Notes: generated by a model from the sequence alone, not told the origin. Positions 30,745-46,176 are shown, counted from the stretch's first letter. The stretch is 64,000 nucleotides of DNA from Octopus vulgaris (GCA_951406725.2 OX597816.1:91450001-91514000), one strand, 5' to 3'. Program-made: numbers and translations.

Positions 30745-31710
30745 TTATTATTGTTGTTGTCGTTGTTTTACTTCTCAGAACGTTCGGTCTTGTTTCTTCC
30801 GTGAGAGTAGACAGCAGCCTGCTGTCAGAGGTCTCACAGGGTCTCTTTCCGCACATTATAAACTTTGATACTTGATTGTTAATTATCGTGGGAGACATTC
30901 AACGTCCAAGTACCAATCACAAAATCCTAGCTGTCCCCAGCAGAGCAGTTTTTTGGGCTTGTTCTGCTCTCATGTCCATGTTCATCTTTTTTCTTTCTTT
31001 TATGATAATATGTTGATCTCCCGGCACTGCCACGTCGATTATTAGGCACTCTTGTTTGTCCCTCCTAAAGGTTACTATATCTGGCCTTCGGTGCTCTAAC
31101 ACCTTATCTGTCTGGAAGTCAAAGTCCGGAGGATTTTTGCCTTCCCCTTTTCGTCCCTTACCTTTTCGGGTGTATGTTGGTACCAAGCACCCGTTACCTC
31201 ATATCCATACTTCCGGCATAGTAGCCAGTGAATGTTTTGCTACCTTGCGTGTCTGCGCTTGTACTTTTTCTGCACAAATCTTTCACAAATACTAACAATG
31301 TGAGTCACGCTTTTGACACTCTTCCCTTACATTCTGCAGAAGTTCGTTGCGCTTGTGTAGTATATATATCCCTTCTCACTGAGTTGGTATTCGATGCAGC
31401 GATGATTAGGCTTTCAGTCTCATTTTTTAGGTCACCCTTGCTGAGCCATTTCCATGATACTTCCTGGTCTTTTAATTTGTTAGTTTTACGGTGAGACTGA
31501 CCATGTAATTCCATACGGAGTAGGGTTTCTTCCCTCTCATTGGCTATTTGTGATCGGAATTCATAAGCATTCTCAAGTCCATTTTTGGTAAATCATTCTG
31601 CACTAGCAACATACTGTAGCAGGTCTTTTTTGCTGTTTATCAAATATTCTGCAATGTTTCTTCTTCCACTGTTGATGCACTCCCATACGCCAATCAGCCC
31701 ACGTCCACCT
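30745..31710 (-). mobile_element. R4/Dong-type relic (zinc knuckle and RLE endonuclease region)
   Basis: LHGQ..SWKWLSKGDLKNETESLIIAA; DFQTDKVLEHRRPDIV..CLIIDVAVPGD; QKTALLGTARIL; frameshifted; next to (TAT)/(CAT) repeats. Confidence 0.88.
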
Positions 31711-31711
31711 T

Positions 31712-31791
<80 letters not shown>

Positions 31792-31802
31792 CATTATTAT
31801 TA

Positions 31803-31851
<49 letters not shown>

Positions 31852-31853
<2 letters not shown>

Positions 31854-33951
31854 ATTTCCTTTCATTATAACTTTATTTCGGCTGCCTTAGTATCTGGCAT
31901 CCTCTGGAGACCAAGAGTAGCAAGGGCACTTTTGTTTTGCTATGCATGCTAAAATTATCACCGTATTTATTCCATTTTAGATTTAGAGTACTTTCAATAG
32001 TATATAGGCTGTATCCATCAAGGTTATTTTTGTAGTTCACAGAGATTGGAGTTACCAGGGAGTTGCTTAATATACTTCTCAGCTCCCTTCTTTATCTTTC
32101 CCAACATACCAATTACTATTGGTATCATTGTAATACTAAGCTTCCACATTTTTTGTGATTTCAATTTGCTGATCTTTATAGTGAGAAAGCATTTCGTATT
32201 CCTTTCTTGCGACATTTTGATCTTATGGTCAGACATATCTATTAACAGACAAGTTCCTCTGTTGTGGTCCTTGATTACAATGTCTGGTCGATTGGAGTCA
32301 ATTTTCTGTCTCTTTGTATTGGGAAGTTCCAAAGGATGGTGACGTCCTCGGCATTTACTGCATCCTCTTGATGGTGCCTGTACCACATATCATGGGATTT
32401 AATTTTGTGGTATCTGCAAGCATTCCAGTGGATGTACTGCCCTAGTCAGTCATGTCTTATGAGGTACTCCTTTTCAGCGAGGACTGGGCAGCCAGAAACA
32501 ACATTATCAATTGTCTGTGTGAATTTTCCGCAAATTCTGCATGTGGGGTCAGATCCATCTTTAAGGACGTTTGCATGATAGTTTCTGGGAGGTAAGCTCT
32601 AATCTTGCGCTGCAATAACAAAACCTTCTGTTTCCCCTTTCAGACTTGTCCCTTGTAGCCATTGGTGTGTTAGATTTTGATCAATATCTCTTGGACAGGC
32701 GGTCAGGGTATTTTCCATGCAGGAATTTATCTTTCCAGTTGTCTTCGATATTATTCATGCAAGCCTCTCTTGCTTTTTGTGTGATGTTTCTTTGCATCAA
32801 TGATAGGTTTGTCACTATTTGGATCTCTTTGGTCTTTCTGATTGTTCTAAATCAGGAGAAGCAATGGTCAGTCTCTTACTATTTAGGTACCTTTGGCCAT
32901 ACTTATTGTTAACTTGTAGGCCAAGAGACGTTTTAAGTTTCTGACTAAGCTTCATGACTGAAGCTTGCTTGGAATCTTCATGTCTCAGTGCAGTTCGTAA
33001 GAGAACATCACTTGTTGTATTAAGGTACGTTTCAAGGCTTACTATTGCTGACTTGAACGATTGTTTGAGCTGTATCAGGCCCCTTCTATCTATTTTTCTT
33101 GGGAGATATATCCTGTCTACATCGGATTTTGGATGGTGTATTCGGTACCCTGTAAGGATCTTACGGATCTTTCCATCCATATTCTGCATCTCAGTGAGAC
33201 TCCACTTAATGATACCAAATGATGTGGTTACTGCTATGGCCAAAGAATTGATCACATTAATTCTGTTAGCAGCATTAATTCTGAGTTTAGGACCATTCTT
33301 GCCCTTCAGTAGCATTCCTTGCGGATTTTCTGTTTCATTTTAGAGTGCTGGATACCATCATCTTCATTGGTTCCCAGATATTTGTATACTTCGGATTAGT
33401 CTAGGTTTTGAATAACCGTGGTAGTCTCAAGTTCTATGTCTTCTGTCTTTATGAACTTCCCTGCCTTGAAAGTTGCCTTTGCACATATATCAAGACCGAA
33501 TTCCATACCTATATCAGAGATGAATTCTTTGACAATATTCAAAAGCTCTTTGTCATTTTTGGCAAACAGTTTTAGATCATCCATATAGAGTAGATGATTA
33601 AATTTCTGGTCAAAGATCTTATATCCTGTCTTAGCATTATCCAGCTGCGTGGATAAAGGGAACAGAGCGAGGCAGAATAGTAATGGTGATAATGAGTCAC
33701 CTTGAAAGATACCACAGGAGATACTGGTGTCTGGTGAGGTGGTATATCCTTGCGGTTTAAAATGTAGGTGGTTCTCCACGAATTCATGATTACTTTAAAA
33801 AAGTTCACAATTGTTGGAGCTATCTTGTAAATTTCCAGGGCCTTGATGATCCATGCATGGGGGACACTGTCAAAAGCCTTCTTGTAATATATCCAAGCGA
33901 TGCTAAGGTTCTGCATTTGAAATTGCAAATTTCAATGACCATTCACCTTCT

Positions 33952-33952
<1 letters not shown>
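31852..33952 (-). mobile_element. R4/Dong-type relic with RT and RLE domains
   Basis: YKKAFDSVPH, CGIFQGDSLSPLLF, NHLLYMDDLKLFA, HHPKSDVDRIYLPR, NRPDIVI..CLLIDMS; many frameshifts; (TAA)n on both sides. Confidence 0.93.
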
Positions 33953-33990
<38 letters not shown>

Positions 33991-34018
33991 GTAGTAGTAG
34001 TAGTAGTAGTATTATTAT

Positions 34019-34341
<323 letters not shown>

Positions 34342-34344
34342 GAT

Positions 34345-35382
<1,038 letters not shown>

Positions 35383-35780
35383 GCGAAAACCGGCGCGCTT
35401 TCATTATAGAGGATAATTGGTGGAACAAATTGCATACATCAAAAGCTAGATACCATTGTTTGGACAGGCAAGAGAAAGTATGGCTGTTGCCCTGGTGATG
35501 TGAATATCCCTTCGAAAATCAGAGGACGAGAATAATTACGGAAAACTGCTTCGAAACCCCTTGCTTTTATTACTCAGATTTTGAATTCAAATTTATACCA
35601 AAAATACTTTATTTTTGCTTTTGTGAGTAGATGCCTAAGTGGCAATATGGAATAGCTATTGCTTTTAGAAAAAGAAATCAACAGTTAGCATGCAGATTAC
35701 AAAAACAATATGTAAGTCGAACGGTAAAAATATGCAAGACATTTCTCAAGTTAAAATTGTGAATTTGCTTTTGTTATTTA

Positions 35781-36993
35781 TCAGGTCATCCCATAAATAA
35801 TGTCCTCCAAAATATCATATATGTAATTTCTATCAAATTTTACAGTATTCTCAAATATCAAAAGGTATTGATTAATACTCATATGAATTTAGAATCCTTT
35901 AACTTAATATAATTTCTTTTTACGGAATAGACTGACTGAATTAGTTACTAATATCAATCCCTCAAAGATAGATGTATCGAAGGAGCATTTAAGGCACATA
36001 ATGCTTTGAGTTCAAAAAGGGAAACAGTGCAGCAGAAGCAACCTGAAATATCCATTCTCTTTATGGAGAGGTGTGTTTGAATGAAAGAAGTTGCAGATGG
36101 TTTTCAAAGTTCAAAAGTGGTGATTTCAGCCTAAGAGAGAATTTGATGATGATCTTCTTTTGTCAGAGATTGCGAAAGATAATACTGTGTCAGTTGAAGA
36201 ATTGGCAAGCATGCTCAATTCAAGCCGTTCACCTGTTCACTGTCATTTTCAACAGATTGGAAGGGTACCCAAACTCGGGAAATAAGTTCCCCGAAAATCC
36301 TGAGTGGATGTCTGTTCATCTCTTTACTGTCGTGAACTCGACATTTTTGAACTGATAACTGACTGCTGATGAAAAATGGATTTTTTCATGAAAATGTTAA
36401 GAATCGCACTCAGTGGCTTAGTTGTAGAGAACAGACTAAATCACAACTTCCGAAAGAACCTCCATGCAAAAAAGATTCTTCTTTCTGTTTGGTGGGATTG
36501 CATTAGAGTCTTCCACTTTGAACTGCTACCAACTAATGCAACAATTTCTGCTCACACCTATTGCCAACAAATAGAGCGTTTGGATGCTGCTTTGAAGAAA
36601 AAAAAATGACTACTTTGGTGAATCGTAAGGAATGGTGTTTCTTCATGATAAAGCAAGAACACATACTACAAAGATTATTTCAGAAAAAATTGAAGAACTT
36701 GACTAGGAAAAAATCTCTCACCCGCCTTATTCCCTGGACCTTGTTCCTTCTGATTACCATTTGTTTCGAAGCTTACAGAATCATTTAGATGGATTAGTTG
36801 CTCAAAAGCTCATCAAAACCAAAAGACTTTTTCACCAATGGAATTTAAAAAACTGATAAATAAGAAATCATCGATAATGGTGGGAATTATATTAAATTTT
36901 TTAAAATTAGACCACTGGACCGAAGTATTTTTTAAAATTAGACCACAGTTTTTCCTTACCTAAAATTCGGGCATAACTTATAAGATGACCTGA
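35781..36993 (+). mobile_element. Full-extent defective mariner (DD34D) transposon
   Basis: TIRs TCAGGTCATC and GATGACCTGA with flanking TA; relic motifs KEHLRHIML, WFSKFKSGDFSL, TADEKW, LSVWWDC, HPPYSLDLVPSDYHLF; stops and frameshifts. Confidence 0.93.
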
Positions 36994-37189
36994 TACACTC
37001 CAACGATCTGGCTTTGTATCATTGTTAGGGACCAGCTTCTTCTTCAGTGGAAGATTTCAAATAAATAAAAATAGAAAAGAACATACATACATACATACAT
37101 ACATACATACATACATACATACATACATACATACATACATACATACATTTACTTTCAGTAACTGTTGCCAGAGAAGGTAACGCACTTCA

Positions 37190-37382
37190 ATATTAATGCG
37201 ATCTGTATCTGATATTCCGAATATCTAACGGTATTTCTTTCGAGTCTTTACTCAGATGAGTTCTAATTTCTTTGAGGTTGACTCTGCCTCGCATCTTTTC
37301 TGAATCGATAAAATAAATACCAGTTGAGTAATCGTCTCACCCTTCCCCCTAAAATTGTTGGCCTAGTGCCAAAATTTGAAAC
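37190..37382 (+). mobile_element. SINE family A, degenerate
   Basis: GAGGTTGACTCTGCC..GATAAAATAATACCAG..GTGCCAAAATTTGAAAC. Confidence 0.6.
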
Positions 37383-39161
37383 AGTATTTGGAACGTCTCT
37401 ATGCCTTTTTATTTTAATTATTATTCAAATTCTTAGTATACACACGGCTTAAAGAAATATATTTGAATGTAAAAATAGAGTACTTAAAGATAATTAGCTA
37501 TCAAAAGCAATATTGAAGAGCGATCAAAAGTAATATTGAAGAGTACGTAATATAGGTCCAGGTGTTCATCTGTACGTTCTCCCTTTATTCAAGTCTCCTA
37601 CTCTTTTATATCTTTCACATACCACTCAAAAGCAGTCGCATCATATTGAAACAACTGCCTGGCAAGCAGTTGTTGATGTTTTACTCTACCGTAATCCACA
37701 TTGAACAGATACGATCCTAGGTTTTCTAACAGTGACTGTCTATTTTGTTTTGTTTTTCTAGAACTGAATTCAAAAAACTAAAAGAGACACTGTACTGCGT
37801 GTCTTTTAACTTTTTAAAGACAGTAGGCAATGATTTGAGAAACATTTGGCCGCTGTTTCTACCAGATCTAGCAACTCCTTCGTTACTTGCATTAGTTAAC
37901 AATTACACTTTTGTCATGCAAGCATTTCCAGTTTATATTTAGTGATTATATGAGGAAATACATGAATCTAGTTTAGATACTCAGTCAGTTATTCCTGCAC
38001 CAGTCGTCCAAAAGTCTAATATTTTACTCTGAATTTTGATAGTTACATAAATGAAAGCAAATTATTGTGTGCTTACCTGAATTACTATAACATAAAATCT
38101 TCTGTCATGAACCCTCGTACGCGTAAACTTGGAGTTTAATCCAGTTTACATGGCGCATAAAAGACTGAAATTGCAACACTGAAATTGTCCTGAACTGAAC
38201 ACCTGTCCGTCGAAGCGTATAACATAAAATACAATACATGGGGGATTAAGTCGCTCCTTGCCATGATCGGATTACTTAGATTGTAGATAGAAACGTTCGC
38301 GAGACAGTTTTAGCAGTCAGTGTATATTCAATATTGAGAAAACTACATTATACTTTACCAAAATGGAGCAAATAAAATTATATCAATCACTTAAAGAAAT
38401 CAATTCAAGGTTGCAGTTTCTATGTGGTTGCTCAACTTTCTGGACACTGCGACCAAATCTCCTTCAGACCAAACCCGATCGTCTTAAGTACATATCAAAT
38501 ATCAATGCAGTCCAGTTTTACATGTTCCACACATATCACCATTACTCTTCCAAAACAAGAATTAGCGTTTCCCAGTCACCGTCACCGCCACCACAACTGA
38601 AACCTCTACGAGACATCATCTACAAACAATCTAGTTAATTCTTTCCCAGTCAGTACATTTCAGTATATAAAAAAAATATTACTGAACTGATTTAATAGAT
38701 GAGATGTCTCTCAACGACCATTAACTTGCACTAGTTTTATATGACAAGATAGTCATAGAATCATGGTTACAATGTCTTTCATCAAAAGTTCATTCCACCA
38801 GGAGTGGCCCTGGTATAAGCCACAAGAACAATAATGACAACAACGAATAATATGAACGTTTCAAGGGGGCTACAGCATGGGACAGAAATACCTTCCCTTT
38901 GATCTGGACATCAGAGTTGATGGATAAGGTATGCAGCTGACTGAGAATGACATCTACTATTGTGAGAAGAGAATTAAAAGTGATTATGAAACAAATATGA
39001 CCCATGATTAGCCGTATATCATCCCATTCTATTATCGAGCTGGAAATAAACGATGATAAAAGGTCACTGACTTGATATGGCCACTGACATTCAAAGGAGA
39101 TGCAGCAATATTAGAGATCGAGAAAAGTTCTTCTTTTACTTTTTTGTTTGAAGTCTGTAAA

Positions 39162-39215
<54 letters not shown>

Positions 39216-39293
39216 GTGTGTGTGCATGTATGTATGTATGTATGTATGTATGTGTGTATGTATGTATGTATGTATGTATGTATGTATGTATGT

Positions 39294-39355
<62 letters not shown>

Positions 39356-39609
39356 GTGAAAAAGAGAAAAATTTAGTATTGAATATATGGAGATGAATAA
39401 TTGTTGGTTTAAAATAGACTTGTAACGAACTTAGTGCGAGTGAATATCTTCGTGCACTTTTGGGGTGCACAAAGCAATCACTCACTAGCCGTTGCTTTAA
39501 TAATCCAGATTCTCTACAAGTCAGAAACAACAAGACGCAGACGTAAAATATACATATAACTACTTTATTCTCTTTCTTGGTACAATAACAATAAGTGAGT
39601 TATCTGATG

Positions 39610-40000
39610 TCCTTGGTTCGGGGCGCGCAAGGCTGAAAGTAAATCGATTGTAATATTTACAATGATCAGCCACAAAAACAGAAACGGATTCAAGATGGCG
39701 TCGAACAATGGAGACGATGTTGGTCTGCAACAATTTGGTAAGGACTGCTAGAAGCTAGTTCCAACGGAGAGAAAATATATCGCGTGACGTCGCCTTCAAT
39801 CGCTGGGTCCCAAGTCGCCCCTGACTGCCGCTAGTGGTCAAACGTTCTACGACCCCCTTGCCTCGCTAAATACCACGATAGGCAAGCGGGTCGTGCTTCC
39901 GGTGGTTCGCGCATGCGCGAGAGGGGCCTTCATTTCTGTGCCTTGGTGAAGGCACCAACACGCGCGAAATACAAATGGACCGTGCGCGAGCGCGCCGTTG
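39610..40000. promoter_or_regulatory. CpG-rich promoter-like island
   Basis: Most CpG-dense non-repeat block seen by eye; YY1-type CAAGATGGCG at 39691-39700, CRE-like TGACGTC at 39785, ETS CTTCCGG at 39896, NRF1 GCGCATGCGC at 39909-39918. Confidence 0.65.
39695..39737 (+). CDS. Candidate first coding exon MASNNGDDVGLQQF, phase 1, gene unknown
   Basis: Strong Kozak aagATGGcg inside the CpG-rich block; donor TTG|GTAAGG; next exon not found. Confidence 0.55.
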
Positions 40001-41317
40001 TAGGATCACTACAGACTTATGCAAATGTATGTGTGTACACACAAATATATATATATATATATACTATCAAGGAAAAAATGGTAGCTCATGTGATAATGTT
40101 CGTAATGAATTGAACTTACAAAAATACAGGACAAGAAGAAGCTAAAAAATGTTGCCGCTGAAGTTGGAATTGAAAATACAAAAAGAAATTATCGTTTTCG
40201 TTTCGTTCCGATATTATCTTGTACCCCTCTTTTTTAAGATTCTAACTCTTCCATTTTGGAATTATATTTACAGAACTTACATTTATTTATTCTCTACTCG
40301 ACTACCCGTGACCTGTTGGGTCACTGACTGTTCAGGTTATAAAACACTGGAGCTGGTTTCAACATTGCATTGAAATGAAAGTTAATTTTATGATGATTCT
40401 GTTAAATGTTTCAATTCGTTCGTGTCATCATAGGTCTGGTTTACAAGTTCATGTTTAAGGTTTTATTGATTATTTACAGCATCTAATGGAAATAGAACTT
40501 CCGGGATAAACTTGAACTCCCGTAACAGCATTTATTTACGGCATATATGCACACTTCTACAAAAATACAAAAGGAATTGTTATATACGTAAAGGCAAAAT
40601 TAATGGAAACAATTTTCACAGTATTATATATATTCCCATTTCAGGGTTATGTTACTTTCGGAGTATTTTTCCCATTATGCGCCGTTTTGGCTATTTCTGA
40701 AGGTACCCCACAAAAAAAACAAAAAAAACGCGTAACTCGGGAATCCGTGTCTGATTTACGCAAAACTTGTTTTATTCCGTTTGTATTCACATTTCAGGGA
40801 TCCTTACTTTCAGAGTATTTTTCCCATTACGCGTCGGTTTGACTGCATTAAACAACAGACAAGCACGCACGCACGCAAGCAAGCACACAAGCAAACAACA
40901 AGAGTTTTAGCAATATAAAAATACAATACAATATGATGGATGATGGAAGAGTTTAAGCACTCTTTCATGATGGAGATTTACCCTGCCATTCAAAGTTCTA
41001 AAATCTTCAGCTATCTTCCATATTTTTCCAATCATGGCAAGGTTGACATTTAAACATACAGAAATAGGTGTTCATCTAGTAAAGAAGGATGACTAGGATT
41101 TACTTTAACTTGAGTTGTCGGCTTAAAAATATTGAGAGATGGTGTAGTGGTACTGGTGGGGGTAAGCTACCTTTCCCCACACTAAAATATATAGAAAATT
41201 TATTCCCAGAAGACAAAAAAGATTCGGAATACATATCTATAATGCTTTGTAAATTCAATTCGCTGAAGCTCTTGATACTCCAAAATTCCCTTTAATAATC
41301 ATGACTTTTTTAATACG

Positions 41318-41512
41318 TCAAGCTGGCAGAATTGTTACAGCACCTGGCAAAATGCTTAGCGGTATTTCGGCCGTCTTTATGTTCTGAGTTCAAATTCTAC
41401 CGAGGTTGACTTTACCTTTCAGGGTCGATAAGTACCAGCTGAGCAATGGGGTCGATGTAATCGACTTACATCTTTTTACAGAAACTGCTGGCCTTGTGCC
41501 AAAGTTTGAACC
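41318..41512 (+). mobile_element. SINE family A
   Basis: GCTGGCAGAA head and GAGTTCAAATTC B-box; shortened core. Confidence 0.8.
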
Positions 41513-42036
41513 AATATTCATGACTTCTAGAAAGTTTGATCAACAAAATTCCCTTCCCCAAAATGCAAAATTTTATTCATCTTCCACAGTCTCACATGAG
41601 AAGATGATACGAGGAATAGAAAATATCCCTTCAAAATTACCCACATTGCCAACATGCTATAGACGCCATTCTCTACATTTTTCCCGTTCTCATCCTAAAA
41701 AAGACTTATTGTTTATTCTCAAATTCCTAATTCAGCTGCAATATTTTAAAGCTTCTACTTCGTGTCCTATACTTTTCTAGGTCAACTAATTAAGAGAGTA
41801 TCACTTCTGTGCCTGCATACTTTCTGCTAGTTCACTTTTTTTTTTTTTTTTACATGCAACGCTTTTTACAGATGAAAGGTAATTGTTAAAGTTGATTCCG
41901 AGATCAACTTTACTTTTCCTCACTCCAGGAGCGATAAAATAATTACCACAAACTTCACATACAAAACGAAGTGGTTGTGCTAAGGCTAGAAATCATACTT
42001 CAAATACTACTACTATTACTACTACTACTACTATAG

Positions 42037-42385
42037 GCTCATGGTTCAGTGGTTAGAGCGTCGAGCTTACGATTGTAAGGTTGTGAGCTCGATTCCCGGA
42101 CCGAGTTGCGTGTTGTGTTCTTGAGTATGACACTATTTCATTCGGCTGTAGACATGAGTTGCGACGTCACTGGTGCCAAGCTGTATCAGCCTTTGCCTTT
42201 CCCTTAGATAACATCAGTGGCGTGGAGAAGGGAGGCTGGTAGGCATAAAAACTGCTGGTCTTCCTTAAAGACAACCTCTTGGTTGTGCGTTCGCCAGTGA
42301 GGCGACTTTCCGCCCAGACTTGTACACCGGAGGGGAACCTCTTAGGTGCACCCATGGTCATTCGTGACCGACGGAGTCGTTTTCT
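42037..42385 (+). mobile_element. SINE family C (tRNA-derived head)
   Basis: A-box TGGTTCAGTGGTTAGAGCG and B-box-like GAGCTCGATTCCC, followed by TGTTGTGTTCTTGAG..ACACT; (CTA)n flanks. Confidence 0.75.
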
Positions 42386-42617
42386 TCTCTTTCATTACTA
42401 CTACATATGTGTGTATATGTGTGTATGTATGTGTGCAATTTGTACCTCAAACTATGTAACTAATAAACAAATGTTAAAACTCCATCTATATTTCCATTCA
42501 TGTATTGTAATTGTATCCATTCTTATGATATCCAGGTTTGAGTGTTACAGGTTAGAAACCGGCTCTTCCTTTATTGGCAAGAAATCTTGAAATAAAACTG
42601 AACAATCACAGACACAG

Positions 42618-42736
<119 letters not shown>

Positions 42737-42738
42737 AA

Positions 42739-42930
42739 GGCGAGCTGGCTGAGTCTTTAACTCGCCGGACAAAATACTTAGCATTTCTTCAAGCGATGCG
42801 TCTGAGTTCAAATTCCACCGAGGACGACTTTACCTTTTGGTATTTCAAGGATGGTAAAATCGGTTGATACAGGGCTCGTCATAATCGACTTGGTCCTCCC
42901 CTAAAATGCTAGCCTTTAGCTATATCAGAA
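42739..42930 (+). mobile_element. SINE family A, degenerate
   Basis: GGCGAGCTGGC head; CTGAGTTCAAATTCCACCGAGG. Confidence 0.7.
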
Positions 42931-43049
42931 AATATAAATATGCGCGTGCTCGTATGTTATTAGAAAGATAGATAAATGATAACAAGCAAAAGGAATATAA
43001 TTATATGAATAGTTTGTTGCACGTACCTATCAAATAGGTGCTGGCTGAT

Positions 43050-43370
43050 TCTCTACTTTGCTTTTAAGTATACCAACAACATTGCCTCAGTATTGCATCT
43101 GCTGGCATGATATGCATTGCTATATCAACAAGACACCGGTCATTCGAAACAGCTGTAAAAATAAAACTTGATTTCATCATGTAATCTACATGCATAACTT
43201 TTCTTGTGAATGCATTCCTTCCGCCTATTATTGTTTGTCTGTCTTTCAACCTCCATACCAGTTCGATTTCAATCGTTCTTCTATCCGACTTTTCCACCTC
43301 TGAACTACCTTATACCGCTGGAGATGTAGTTAAAGAATCTGGTCTCTCTCTGAGCACTGCTTGGTGATTA
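43050..43370 (-). mobile_element. Highly degraded R4/Dong-like relic
   Basis: RCLVDIAMHIMPAD resembles the CLIIDxAVPxD motif; weak match. Confidence 0.35.
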
Positions 43371-43944
43371 TCTATCTATATCACACTTTAACTCGCATTT
43401 TATTGCCTATTATTTGTGTGTGCGTATATGTGTGAATGTGTGTGTGTGTATGTGTGAATGTATGTGTGTGTGAGTGTGTGTTTACGCATGAGTGTATGCC
43501 CATACTATTTCGTAATACGTTTCACCCGGCCTCAAAGCATATTGTATTTTTCAACACACTACATCTACAACAAACCTCGTCCTCCACTAACATTTCCATA
43601 TAGTCAATGCCATCGACTCTTCTGTGCAAGGATTGGTCTACAAACTCATCAGCGCCATCACCATAAAAGAAGCGTTCAGCAAAGAAGAAACTAAATTCCC
43701 GGATTCGAGATAAAGCCGACAACGATGACGATACATACATACATACATACATACATACATACATACATACATACATACATACATACATACATACATACAT
43801 ACATACATACATCTATATATATATGGTATTTTTATATAAGCTTAAGTCTTATATAAAAATGACATTATTATTATTTACAGGATTGTAAATCATGGCGCCG
43901 TAATAAAAAAACCATTCGCACCGAAATATATATATATATATATA

Positions 43945-44371
43945 GGCGCAGGAGTGGCTGTGTGGTAAGTAGCTTGCTAACCAACCACATGGTTCCGGGT
44001 TCAGTCCCACTGCGTGGCATCTTGGGCAAGTGTCTTCTGCTATAGCCCCGGGCCGACCAATGCCTTGTGAGCGGATTTGGTAGACGGAAACTGAAAGAAA
44101 CCTGTCGTATATATGTATGTATATATATATATATGTGTGTGTGTGTATATATATGTTTGTGTGTCTGTGTTTGTCCCCCTAGCATTGCTTGACAAACGAT
44201 GCTGGTGTGTTTACGTCCCCGTCACTTAGCGGTTCGGCAAAAGAGACCGATATAATAAGTACTGGGCTTACAAAGAATAAGTCCCGGGGTCGATTTGCTC
44301 GACTAAAGGCGGTGCTCCAGCATGGCTGCAGTCAAATGACTGAAAAAAGTAAAAGAGTAAAGAGTAAAGAG
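43945..44371 (+). mobile_element. SINE family B, full-length reference copy
   Basis: tRNA-like head (TGGCTGTGTGG A-box, GGTTCAGTCCC B-box), CTTGGGCAAG, internal (TA)/(TG) tract, tail GACTGAAA..(GTAAAGA)n; (TA)n flanks. Confidence 0.93.
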
Positions 44372-45460
44372 TATATATATAAATACACACACACACAACA
44401 CACAATATATGCACTTACGAATGCATGTACGTATATTTTTATTCGTATGCCATAATATTGAGAAAGTTTGTGCTGTAATGCAATGTTTACCATTGATGCC
44501 CGTAGGTCAAAGAAAGGGAAGATTATTATTATTGTTGTTGTTGTTGTTGTTGTTGTTGAAGTTTTGTTGATGTTGCAGATGTAGTTCTTGTTTTTGTTTT
44601 TGTTGTTGTTGCTACTACTACTACTACTGATGCTGCTACTACTGGTGCTGCTACTGCTACTGCTGCTGCTGTTGCTGTTGTTTTTGTTGTTATTAATGCT
44701 ATAACATGATTTAATGAGATCTATCGCTTAGATACTGAGAAAAACAATAATTGCAATTGTTTGCATATTTGTCCTGCTTTGCACCAAACGAAAATCTTCT
44801 CCGCCTGCGGTATCATTTCCATAATCTTGGCTCGGCCAGACTCTTCCTTTGACGCCTCATTTCAAACCGGGGTCGAGGCGTGATTTCAAAGGAGACAAAA
44901 ATACAAGCAAACAAAAGACAAACAAAACAAAAGAAAGGCGGCATCGGTGACATACGAGAGAAAAGGACGATGATTTGTGTGTAAATTGACAAGTCATCAT
45001 AATGAGTAGAGTAGTCTTGAAAAGCTGAGAAAAAGCACGTTTGAAGAAAGGCCCGCGAGCGTGGTAAATGGAGTAGGTTGAATCAGGTGATTCAGCGACA
45101 GCAAATGTTTGACAGTTTTTATGCTGCAGGCTCATATATTAGACACGACATGAGTAGCAGGCTGGAGTGCGGTGCTGCTACAGAGATGTTATGTCGCCGG
45201 CTTTAAGTCAAACGACAGACGAGGAGAGCTTCCTTCTAACAGTATCAAAAAAAAATAACTAATTTACATCGTGTCTCAGACGTTAATGGCGAGCATAAAT
45301 GAATACACAGTGTTCTTGAATAAACATATCTAGAGATACATAGATATATTCACGTCTAAATATTCCTAACTCGTTTCAGGAACTTGGAGTAACGCCTTGT
45401 AAATTCCCCAATTCCAGTAAATTACACATACACACGCACACACTTTCATGAATATATGTA

Positions 45461-45564
<104 letters not shown>

Positions 45565-45793
45565 CACATTCATATATATACATATATATATACATATATA
45601 TATATACATACACATATATTCATATATATACATATATATATACATATATATACATGTATATATATATATACATATATATATACATATATATACACATATA
45701 TATACATATATATACACATATATATACATATATATACACATATATATACATATATATAAATATATATATACATATATAGATATATATACATAC

Positions 45794-45836
<43 letters not shown>

Positions 45837-45841
45837 TATAG

Positions 45842-45990
45842 TGAGAATTTAAAAAAAAAACAAAAGACGAATACAGGTGTGTAAACATCAAACAGACGTA
45901 TTAGTTTAACGCTCGGGAAGTGAGAAAATCTTTTACATTTCGAGCCTACGCTCTTCCATAGAAAGGAACACAAAAATAAACAGGCAGAAA
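45842..45990 (-). mobile_element. Penelope-pLTR-like fragment with degenerate minimal hammerhead (45930-45965)
   Basis: Minus strand CTTT-CTATGGAA-GAGC-GTAG-GCTC-GAAA-TG-TA-AAAG; homologous to 6639-6748; (TA)n flanks. Confidence 0.55.
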
Positions 45991-45992
45991 AC

Positions 45993-46041
<49 letters not shown>

Positions 46042-46131
46042 CGTGTATATTTACATATATATATATACATATATATATACATATATAAATATATACGTGT
46101 ATATATGCATATATATATATATATACATATA

Positions 46132-46176
<45 letters not shown>

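Noticed and set aside
36364-36380. CTGATGA as a hammerhead box (also 34964-34970 and 30173-30179 on the minus strand)
   Set aside because: The first encodes the mariner TADEKW motif; the others have no stem II followed by GAAA.
42037-42110. tRNA gene (also the heads at 43945 and 13508)
   Set aside because: A and B boxes are present, but there is no closed cloverleaf and each continues into a SINE body.
44760-45240. GC-richer block with a 92-aa minus-strand ORF
   Set aside because: No domain or splice support; it may be regulatory, but that cannot be shown from sequence alone.
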